Origin: Candidatus Bathyarchaeia archaeon
Lineage (GTDB): Bacteria > Patescibacteriota > Microgenomatia > PFEM01 > JAFGMK01
Assembly (NCBI GenBank): GCA_035529595.1
Contig: DATKWK010000017.1
Span: 186,961 to 250,960 of the forward strand
Length of the DNA stretch: 64,000 bases
Reading direction: 5' to 3'
A program made the position numbers and the translations under genes. Shown here piece by piece: positions 57,508 through 64,000 of the stretch. Every line of letters starts with the position of its first letter. The stretch's first letter is position 1. The notes under the pieces were generated by a model. It was given only the letters and a program-made list of their open reading frames with translations. It did no database searches and was not told the DNA's origin.

Positions 57508-57790
57508 AACTGTTTTGAAAAGACCGATTATTACTGAGAAATCAATGAAAGAGGCGTCTTTCGGCAGATATGCCTTTGAAATTGATAAGCAGGCCACCAA
57601 GATCGACGCGAGGAAGGCAGTGACAAAGTCTTTTGGAGTCCACCCTGTCTCTGTAAAAGTGGTTAACACTAAAGGTAAGCTTAGATGGGCGAGGGGCCTT
57701 CATCGTAAAACGGCAACCCCAAATCGGAAAAAAGCGATTGTCACTCTTAAGGAGGGAGAAAAAATCGATATATTTGAGGCTGGTGAATAA
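57497..57790 (+). CDS. rplW: 50S ribosomal protein L23
   Basis: Full-length L23 similarity. Confidence 0.93.
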   Translation: MNLKTVLKRPIITEKSMKEASFGRYAFEIDKQATKIDARKAVTKSFGVHPVSVKVVNTKGKLRWARGLHRKTATPNRKKAIVTLKEGEKIDIFEAGE

Positions 57791-57792
57791 TT

Positions 57793-58623
57793 ATGTCTAT
57801 TAAACTGGTCAAGCCAACTACATCCGGAAGGCGCTTTGCTTCTTTTTTGAATAAAAAGGAGTTAAGTAAAGCGAGACCGGTTAAGAAATTAACCAGGATC
57901 AAAAAGAACAAGGCCGGTCGCAATTTCTCTGGTCGGGTTACCGTCCGCCATCATGGAGGTGGCCACAAACAACTGTTGCGGAAAATTGATTTCGTAAGAC
58001 GGAATAAGCCAAATATTCCGGCTAGAGTCGTTTCTTTAGAATACGACCCTAACCGGGGAGCAAGTATTGCTTTATTAGTTTATAATGACGGGGAAAAGAG
58101 ATATGTTCTGGCGCCTGACGGATTGAAGATTGGCGACCAGTTAATTACCGGAGAAAAAGTTGATTTTAAAGTCGGTAATGCTCTTCCCTTGGCGGAGATT
58201 CCTGTTGGCCTGCCGATTCACAATGTTGAAATTAGACCGGGTAAAGGAGGCCAAATAGCCCGGGGAGCCGGTAATGCAGCAACGATTCTCAGTAAAGAGG
58301 GAAAATGGGCAGTTTTGAAGCTTCCTTCTGGCGAAAGGAAAAAATTTTCGCTTTCTTGTTTTGCTACCATCGGTCAGGTTAGCAACCCTGAAGTAAAGCT
58401 AATCAGTCTTGGTAAAGCCGGTAGAAAGAGACATATGGGTTGGCGGCCGGCAGTGCGGGGCGTCGCTATGAATCCGAACGCTCATCCTCACGGTGGTGGC
58501 GAAGGACGTTCGGGTATTGGCATGCCTTCTCCTAAAAGTCCTTGGGGTAAAAAGACTTTGGGAAAAAAAACCAGGAAGCGTCGAAAATACAGCGATAAAT
58601 TAATTATAAAAAGGAGAAAATAG
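57793..58623 (+). CDS. rplB: 50S ribosomal protein L2
   Basis: Full-length L2 similarity ([16 protein letters not shown]). Confidence 0.97.
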   Translation: MSIKLVKPTTSGRRFASFLNKKELSKARPVKKLTRIKKNKAGRNFSGRVTVRHHGGGHKQLLRKIDFVRRNKPNIPARVVSLEYDPNRGASIALLVYNDGEKRYVLAPDGLKIGDQLITGEKVDFKVGNALPLAEIPVGLPIHNVEIRPGKGGQIARGAGNAATILSKEGKWAVLKLPSGERKKFSLSCFATIGQVSNPEVKLISLGKAGRKRHMGWRPAVRGVAMNPNAHPHGGGEGRSGIGMPSPKSPWGKKTLGKKTRKRRKYSDKLIIKRRK

Positions 58624-58637
58624 GAGCAGAACTTAAA

Positions 58638-58922
58638 ATGGGAAGGTCAGCCAAAAAAGGACCATATGTCGACCAGAAGCTAACAAAGAAGGTCAACGCT
58701 CAAAAGCAGACGGGTAGGGCAGAACCGATTAAAACCTGGGCGCGAGCAAGCCAGATTCCGCCTGAGTTTGTAGGCCATACCTTTAAAGTTCACAATGGTA
58801 AGATTTTTTTTGATGTTTACGTGACTGAAGCAATGGTTGGGCATCGTTTAGGTGAATTTGCGCCTACGCGGACATTCAGGGGACACGGAAGAATAGTCAA
58901 AAGAATTATTACGAAAACATGA
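58638..58922 (+). CDS. rpsS: 30S ribosomal protein S19
   Basis: Full-length S19 similarity ([10 protein letters not shown]). Confidence 0.95.
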   Translation: MGRSAKKGPYVDQKLTKKVNAQKQTGRAEPIKTWARASQIPPEFVGHTFKVHNGKIFFDVYVTEAMVGHRLGEFAPTRTFRGHGRIVKRIITKT

Positions 58923-58941
58923 ACGTTAGTACCTGAAATTT

Positions 58942-59307
58942 ATGGAGATTATCGCCCGGTCAAAACATATTCGAATAACTGCCAGGAAACTGCGGTTGGT
59001 AGCTGACTTAGTACGGGGTCTGTCTGTATCTCAAGCGATAGTTGCTCTTGAAAATCTTGGCAAGAAAGCCGCTAAACCAATCTTGGAGACTCTTAAACAA
59101 GGTTTAGGTAATGCTACTGGTAATTTCGGACTGAATAAGGAAGGCCTATACTTGAGAGAAATTCAGATCGGCGAAGGCCCGACTCTTAAAAGATGGCGCG
59201 CAGTCAGTCGGGGAAGAACGCACCAGATAAAAAAAAGGACCAGTCATATAAGAATAGTCTTAGAGGGAGAGAAAGAGAAAAAGATTGTTTTAAAGAAATC
59301 TAATTAG
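58942..59307 (+). CDS. rplV: 50S ribosomal protein L22
   Basis: Full-length L22 similarity. Confidence 0.93.
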   Translation: MEIIARSKHIRITARKLRLVADLVRGLSVSQAIVALENLGKKAAKPILETLKQGLGNATGNFGLNKEGLYLREIQIGEGPTLKRWRAVSRGRTHQIKKRTSHIRIVLEGEKEKKIVLKKSN

Positions 59308-59328
59308 AAAATAATTAAAGGGAGTAAT

Positions 59329-59970
59329 TTGGGACAAAAGGTTAATCCAATAGGTTTTAGGCTTGGCCAAGGAGCGACTTGGTCTTCTTCCTGGTTTGCG
59401 TCCAGCGGCCGGGCTTATAGAAAGAACCTTCAGGGAGATATCGGCGTCAGGAGCTTTCTGATGGAGAAACTTAAACTTGCCGGAATTGTTATGGTGGAAA
59501 TTAAAAGGTCGATTAATAAAATGAAAATAGTTTTACATGTCTCTCGGCCAGGCGTGGTGATTGGACGAGGAGGTTCGGCTCTGGATGAGCTGAAAAGGTC
59601 TTTAGATAAGATTGTTGGGATCCCCGATCCGGACAAAAACCTGCAAATTGATGTAGTTGAAGTCCGAGATCCCGAGCTTTCAGCTCAGTTAGTAGCCATG
59701 CGCATCGTTGAACAACTGATAAGGCGTTTCCCTCATCGGAGAGTTGTTTCCCGGGTGATAGAGCGGGTTATGAGTAGTGGAGCCAAAGGGATAAAAATTG
59801 TTCTTTCCGGCAGAGTCGCCGGGGCAGAAATAAGCCGGCGGGAGAAGTTTGGTCAAGGTAAGTTGCCGCTTCAGACATTGAGAGCAAAGATTGATTATGC
59901 AGAAATGCCGGCATTGACAAAGTTCGGCTATATTGGAGTAAAAGTTTGGATTAATTTGGGAGAAGAATGA
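59329..59970 (+). CDS. rpsC: 30S ribosomal protein S3
   Basis: MGQKVNPIGFRLG N-terminus and the KH domain. Confidence 0.95.
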   Translation: MGQKVNPIGFRLGQGATWSSSWFASSGRAYRKNLQGDIGVRSFLMEKLKLAGIVMVEIKRSINKMKIVLHVSRPGVVIGRGGSALDELKRSLDKIVGIPDPDKNLQIDVVEVRDPELSAQLVAMRIVEQLIRRFPHRRVVSRVIERVMSSGAKGIKIVLSGRVAGAEISRREKFGQGKLPLQTLRAKIDYAEMPALTKFGYIGVKVWINLGEE

Positions 59971-59971
59971 T

Positions 59972-60385
59972 ATGCTGCAACCGCGTAAATTAAAACACCG
60001 GAAACACTTTAGAGGAACAATGAAAGGAATCAGAACTAAAGGAACTACGCTTGCCTTTGGTGAGTATGGGCTTAAAAGTTTAGGAAGAGGTTGGTTGACC
60101 GACCGGCAGATTGAAGCCGGGAGGCGGGCGATCACTCATTCGACAAAGAGAGCCGGCAAGATTTGGATTCGTGTATTTCCCGATAAACCGGTTACGGCTA
60201 AACCTTCAGGAGCGAAGATGGGCTCCGGAAAAGGAGATGTCACCGGTTATATTGTCGTTATCCGGCCCGGTAAAATTATTTTTGAAATTGCCGGAGTTGA
60301 AGTAGAATTAGCCCGAGAAGCGATGAGGTTAGCTGCTGCCAAGTTGCCTTTTAAAACAAAGTTTATTATCAGGGAATCAAGATAG
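59972..60385 (+). CDS. rplP: 50S ribosomal protein L16
   Basis: MLQPRKLKHRKHFRG N-terminus. Confidence 0.95.
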   Translation: MLQPRKLKHRKHFRGTMKGIRTKGTTLAFGEYGLKSLGRGWLTDRQIEAGRRAITHSTKRAGKIWIRVFPDKPVTAKPSGAKMGSGKGDVTGYIVVIRPGKIIFEIAGVEVELAREAMRLAAAKLPFKTKFIIRESR

Positions 60386-60394
60386 ACTGGTCTT

Positions 60395-60598
60395 ATGAAA
60401 AAAAAAGAATTAAAGAGTTTGTTTGAGAAATCGGTAAAAGAACTCCAGCGAATCTTAAGGGACTGGACTAAAGAGATGTTGGATATGAGGTTTAGATTAA
60501 AGACCGGTAAACTGAAAGACTTGCATGCCTTGATGAAAAAGAGGCATAATATAGCGCGAATCAAGACAATCATCAGAAAGAAGGAGATTGGCAGGTAA
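60395..60598 (+). CDS. rpmC: 50S ribosomal protein L29
   Basis: Size and helical pattern of L29, in the conserved position. Confidence 0.85.
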   Translation: MKKKELKSLFEKSVKELQRILRDWTKEMLDMRFRLKTGKLKDLHALMKKRHNIARIKTIIRKKEIGR

Positions 60599-60617
60599 TA
60601 GAATTTTAAGGTAACCT

Positions 60618-60842
60618 ATGAAAACACTTATTGGAAAAGTTGTTTCTGCTAAAACCGAGAAAACGGCGACTGTTTTGATTGAACATAAGCGGCGGCATCC
60701 GGTTTACAAAAAAGTGGTGAAAAGAAGTAAAAAATACCCTGTCCATAATGATTTAGGGGCCAAAGAAGGAGATAAGGTTACGATTATTCAAACAAGGCCG
60801 TTAAGTAAGACTAAAAAATGGCGGGTAATTGAAATAAAATAA
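60618..60842 (+). CDS. rpsQ: 30S ribosomal protein S17
   Basis: Full-length S17 similarity. Confidence 0.93.
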   Translation: MKTLIGKVVSAKTEKTATVLIEHKRRHPVYKKVVKRSKKYPVHNDLGAKEGDKVTIIQTRPLSKTKKWRVIEIK

Positions 60843-60843
60843 T

Positions 60844-61212
60844 ATGATTCAATTAAGATCGGTGCTTAAACCAGCGGACAATTGCGGCGCTAAGCGTCTT
60901 AGAGTAATCCATATTTATGGTGGCTCCAAAAGGCGCTTTGGTTACTTGGGCGGTACAGTTGCCGCCGTTGTTGATCAGGCTGATTCTCAGGGTATCGTCA
61001 AAGATTCGGAAAAGGTCCGGGCCTTAATTGTTAGAACGAAAAAGGAAACCGGAAGAAAAGACGGCAGTTTTGTTCGTTTTGACGATAATGCGGCGGTGGT
61101 TATCGATAAGGACGGAAATCCTCGAGGCACCAGGATATTTGGACCGATTGCCCGGGAGATTAAGGACGCCGGTTATTTAAAGATTGCCTCGTTGGCATCC
61201 GAGATTGTTTGA
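60844..61212 (+). CDS. rplN: 50S ribosomal protein L14
   Basis: MIQLRSVLKPADNCGAK N-terminus. Confidence 0.95.
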   Translation: MIQLRSVLKPADNCGAKRLRVIHIYGGSKRRFGYLGGTVAAVVDQADSQGIVKDSEKVRALIVRTKKETGRKDGSFVRFDDNAAVVIDKDGNPRGTRIFGPIAREIKDAGYLKIASLASEIV

Positions 61213-61248
61213 TTGAGACAGATTTAAGTTTATAAAAGATTAATTAAG

Positions 61249-61563
61249 ATGAAATTAAAATTAAAAAAGGGAGACCAAATAACTGTTATACTTGGGAAAG
61301 ACCGCGGTAAACGAGGGAAAATTGAAAAGTTATTTCCCCGCAAAGGTGCGGTTCTGGTTCCAGGTATCAATATCATCAAAAAACACGTCAAACCGCGCGG
61401 CGAAGGTAAACCCGGAGGGATTGTTGAGATGGCCAAACCATTGCCAATCTCTAAAGTTGCTTTAATTTGCCCCAAGTGCAGCCAGTCTACCCGTGTTGGT
61501 TTTAGGCAGAGTAGCGGATCGGTTAAAGAAAGGATTTGCCGGAAGTGCAAACAGACAGTTTAG
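61249..61563 (+). CDS. rplX: 50S ribosomal protein L24 with a C-terminal CxxC...CxxC zinc-ribbon-like tail
   Basis: KOW domain (MKLKLKKGDQITVILGKDRGKRGKI) plus a C-terminal CPKCSQ...CRKCKQ. Confidence 0.93.
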   Translation: MKLKLKKGDQITVILGKDRGKRGKIEKLFPRKGAVLVPGINIIKKHVKPRGEGKPGGIVEMAKPLPISKVALICPKCSQSTRVGFRQSSGSVKERICRKCKQTV

Positions 61564-61575
61564 GCCATTCAAACT

Positions 61576-62154
61576 ATGCTTAGTCTAAGCCAGAAATATC
61601 AAAAAGAAATTGTTCCCAGCCTGATGAAAAAACTGAATTTAGGTAATCGCTTATCTGTACCGCAGGTTAAAAAAGTGGTAGTAAACGTTGGTATAGGGGA
61701 AGCAGTGGCCGAGGAAAGTGTTATTGATAAGGTATCTGATGTCTTGACGGCTATCACCGGGCAGAAACCGAGAGTAGCTAAGTCACGCCAAGCAATTTCC
61801 GGTTTTAAACTGAGAAAAGGGGTGCCGATTGGTTTGGTAGTGACTTTGCGAAGGGAAAGAATGTTTCATTTCTTGGAAAAACTTTTCAAGATTGTTTTAC
61901 CCCGCCTTCGGGACTTTAAGGGCCTGCCTGTCGCTGGTTTTGACGGCCGGGGTAATTATAGCCTTGGATTGACAGAACAAACTGTTTTTTATGAAGTGGA
62001 TTACGATAAAATCGACAAGATTCGGGGATTAGAAATCACGATTGTTACTAATGCCGGTTCGGATGGAACGGCAAAAATGTTGCTTGAGGAATTAGGAATG
62101 CCATTTGAAAAGGGAAAAGTAAAAAAAGCAGTTCGGAGTAATTATGGCCAGTGA
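61576..62154 (+). CDS. rplE: 50S ribosomal protein L5
   Basis: Full-length L5 similarity. Confidence 0.95.
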   Translation: MLSLSQKYQKEIVPSLMKKLNLGNRLSVPQVKKVVVNVGIGEAVAEESVIDKVSDVLTAITGQKPRVAKSRQAISGFKLRKGVPIGLVVTLRRERMFHFLEKLFKIVLPRLRDFKGLPVAGFDGRGNYSLGLTEQTVFYEVDYDKIDKIRGLEITIVTNAGSDGTAKMLLEELGMPFEKGKVKKAVRSNYGQ

Positions 62155-62329
62155 GGCAAAAATCGTCAAGTCAAAAAAAGCAGTAAAATATACTACCCGT
62201 AAACACAATCGTTGCAGTCTTTGTGGGCGGCCGAGGGGTTATCTGAGGTTTTTCGGATTATGCCGTTTATGTTTTAGGCGTCTGGCTCATAAAGGAGAAC
62301 TGCCGGGCGTGACCAAGGCTAGTTGGTAA
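62144..62329 (+). CDS. rpsN: 30S ribosomal protein S14, type Z (zinc-binding)
   Basis: 61 aa with CSLCGRP...CRLCFR. Overlaps the rplE end by 11 nt. Confidence 0.93.
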   Translation: MASEAKIVKSKKAVKYTTRKHNRCSLCGRPRGYLRFFGLCRLCFRRLAHKGELPGVTKASW

Positions 62330-62342
62330 AGAAAGGAATAAG

Positions 62343-62732
62343 ATGATTTCTGATCCAATCGGTGATATGCTTAGTCGAATTCGTAATGGCTTTTTAGCCT
62401 CTCGACGAGAAGTGACTGTACCCTACTCAAAGGTCAAAGAAAATCTGGCCGAGATACTCTTGCGGAATGGGTACTTTAAAAAAGTGGAAATAGTGGGAGA
62501 GAATAAAAAGAGCTTTAAATTTACTCTTCGTTACGAAGCCAAGAAACCAACGCTTACCAAAATTGAAAGGGTGTCAAAACCAGGGAGAAGAGTCTACATT
62601 AAAGCTGGCCAGATTCGTCCTGTCCTTTCCGGATTAGGGATGATGGTCCTTTCGACACCGATGGGATTAATGACGGGTAGGCAGGCACAAAAGAAAAATT
62701 TAGGCGGAGAAATAATTTGTCGAATTTGGTAG
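62343..62732 (+). CDS. rpsH: 30S ribosomal protein S8
   Basis: MISDPIGDMLSRIRNG N-terminus. Confidence 0.95.
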   Translation: MISDPIGDMLSRIRNGFLASRREVTVPYSKVKENLAEILLRNGYFKKVEIVGENKKSFKFTLRYEAKKPTLTKIERVSKPGRRVYIKAGQIRPVLSGLGMMVLSTPMGLMTGRQAQKKNLGGEIICRIW

Positions 62733-62740
62733 GAGGTAAG

Positions 62741-63310
62741 ATGTCTCGAATAGGTTTAAAACCGATCGAAATTCCCGAGAACGTGACGGTTAAAACAGAC
62801 GCCGGTTCAATAACTGTCAGTGGCCCCTTGGGAACTTTAGAAGCAAAGATTGTGGCCGAACTTAGTTTGGAAACTGATCAAGGGAGATTATTGGTTAAGA
62901 GAAGAGATGATTCGAAGCGATCCAAGTCTCTTCATGGACTGGTTAGGAGCCTTATCTTTAATATGATTTTGGGCGTGAGTAAAGGTTGGCAGAAAGAGCT
63001 GGAAATTCAAGGGACCGGTTACCGGGCGAAAATAGAAAAAGGTAACCTGATATTATCGTTAGGATTTTCACACCCGGTCGAAATTAAGCCGGAAACAGGT
63101 ATAAAGTTTGAAGTTAAAGATGAGCGGGAAATTACGATTTCCGGCATAGATAAGACTTTGGTTGGCGATGTAACGGCGAGAATAAGAAAGGTGAAGCCTC
63201 CCGATGCTTATAAAGGTAAAGGCATTCGTTATAAAGGAGAACGCGTGGTCTTAAAACCGGGTAAGGCCGGCAAAGTCGGTTCGGCTGGAGGATCAGCCGG
63301 GGCCGCTTAA
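62741..63310 (+). CDS. rplF: 50S ribosomal protein L6
   Basis: MSRIGLKPIEIP N-terminus, preceded by an aggagg SD. The ORF-track start at 62717 is upstream of the conserved N-terminus. The C-terminal GSAGGSAGAA tail is unusual. Confidence 0.93.
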   Translation: MSRIGLKPIEIPENVTVKTDAGSITVSGPLGTLEAKIVAELSLETDQGRLLVKRRDDSKRSKSLHGLVRSLIFNMILGVSKGWQKELEIQGTGYRAKIEKGNLILSLGFSHPVEIKPETGIKFEVKDEREITISGIDKTLVGDVTARIRKVKPPDAYKGKGIRYKGERVVLKPGKAGKVGSAGGSAGAA

Positions 63311-63333
63311 TTTAAGCCGAAGGAGAATAATCG

Positions 63334-63681
63334 ATGATAAAAAAAGGTAAAATCAGGAGAAAAATCAGAATACGAAGTAAAATTCGGGGGACGGCGGATA
63401 GGCCGAGGCTATCCGTTTTCCGTTCTAATAAGCTGATTTATGCTCAAGTGATTGACGACGAAAAAAGACAAACGATAGTGGCGGTTAATGACAAATATTT
63501 TGACGCCGGCAAACGGCAGGAATCCAAAACAAAACGGGCGTTTTTAACCGGTAAAATTTTAGCTCAAAAAGCGCTGGAAAAGAAGGTTAGGAAAGTCGTT
63601 TTCGACCGGGGTTCCTTCAGGTATCATGGCCGGCTTAAAGCTTTAGCCGAAGGCGCCAGAGAAGGGGGACTGATTTTTTAG
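63334..63681 (+). CDS. rplR: 50S ribosomal protein L18
   Basis: Full-length L18 similarity ([11 protein letters not shown]). Confidence 0.93.
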   Translation: MIKKGKIRRKIRIRSKIRGTADRPRLSVFRSNKLIYAQVIDDEKRQTIVAVNDKYFDAGKRQESKTKRAFLTGKILAQKALEKKVRKVVFDRGSFRYHGRLKALAEGAREGGLIF

Positions 63682-63712
63682 AATTATCTTGATTAAATTT
63701 CAAGGAAATAAT

Positions 63713-64000
63713 ATGCCAGTCGATTTTGGAAGAGAACAAAAAGAGTTTACGGAAAAAGTTATTCAGGTAAACCGGGTGTCAAAAAAAACCAAGGGAGGAA
63801 ACCGGATTGGTTTTTCCGTCTTGATGGTTGTTGGCGACCGGAGAGGCAGAGTTGGTGTTGGTTTGGGTAAGGCCCCTGATGTTTCCTCAGCCATTAGGAA
63901 AGGATTAAAAAGAGCCCAGAAGGAACTTTTTAGGGTCTCTCTTAGAGGAGACACAATTCCCCACCTTGTTTTGATGAAGTGGGGTGCGGCAGAAGTATTG
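63713..64000 (+). CDS. rpsE: 30S ribosomal protein S5, N-terminal part; the 3' end lies outside the window
   Basis: The ATG at 63713 opens a frame encoding ...VIQVNRVSKKTKGGNRIGFSVLMVVGDRRGRVGVGLGKAPDVSSAIRKG, typical of S5. It stays open to the window end. Confidence 0.85.
   Translation, partial: MPVDFGREQKEFTEKVIQVNRVSKKTKGGNRIGFSVLMVVGDRRGRVGVGLGKAPDVSSAIRKGLKRAQKELFRVSLRGDTIPHLVLMKWGAAEVL

Noticed and set aside
1-64000. CRISPR array
   Set aside because: No regularly spaced short direct repeats with unique spacers were seen. The repeats that were found (R1, R2, the small-ORF duplication) are single dispersed copies, not arrays.

Overview
This is a roughly 40% GC bacterial contig with no rRNA genes, tRNA genes, CRISPR arrays or integrase/transposase genes. 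Several hallmarks point to a reduced-genome Candidate Phyla Radiation (Patescibacteria-like) organism, though that placement is an inference:
- a truncated IF-2 (487 aa);
- an AlaRS lacking the C-Ala domain;
- a type-Z ribosomal protein S14;
- weak or absent Shine-Dalgarno sites;
- short genes.
Nearly everything is housekeeping, on the + strand:
- the dnaK end and dnaJ;
- nusA, infB, rpsO and pnp;
- a Lon-like AAA+ ATPase, a family-4 UDG, ftsK, a rodZ-like gene and alaS;
- a sortase, ruvX, mltG, then rpoB and rpoC;
- rpsL, rpsG, fusA, tuf and rpsJ;
- the S10/spc ribosomal block from rplC to rpsE.
The accessory signal lies in two insertions that interrupt the otherwise nearly universal str/S10 gene order. 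A 14 kb block (about 33.0-47.0 kb) sits between rpsG and fusA. It carries:
- an ArsR-thioredoxin-DUF318 permease-thioredoxin-CcdA operon with an inverted-repeat operator;
- a GC-rich frameshifted ORF pair;
- a TsaC-TsaE fusion next to tsaD;
- an MNT-like nucleotidyltransferase;
- duplicated small-ORF modules.
A 5.1 kb block (about 50.9-56.0 kb) sits between rpsJ and rplC. It carries:
- an RGG plus tandem zinc-ribbon protein on a leaderless promoter;
- a 3.2 kb three-gene cassette (PNPOx-like protein, purine nucleoside phosphorylase, a PEP-utilizing swivel-domain protein) bracketed by 41-nt direct repeats;
- a long non-coding leader upstream of rplC.
Two dispersed hairpin-rich repeat families were found by eye. 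R1 has copies at 11.7, 46.2 and 55.2 kb. R2 has copies at 51.9 and 55.0 kb plus a degenerate inverted copy at 45.4 kb. They mark the accessory junctions. Other oddities include a Lon AAA+ module with no protease domain, a Cys4 insertion in EF-Tu and a zinc-ribbon tail on L24. Many ORF-track starts use GTG or TTG and were adjusted where a conserved N-terminus was recognisable.
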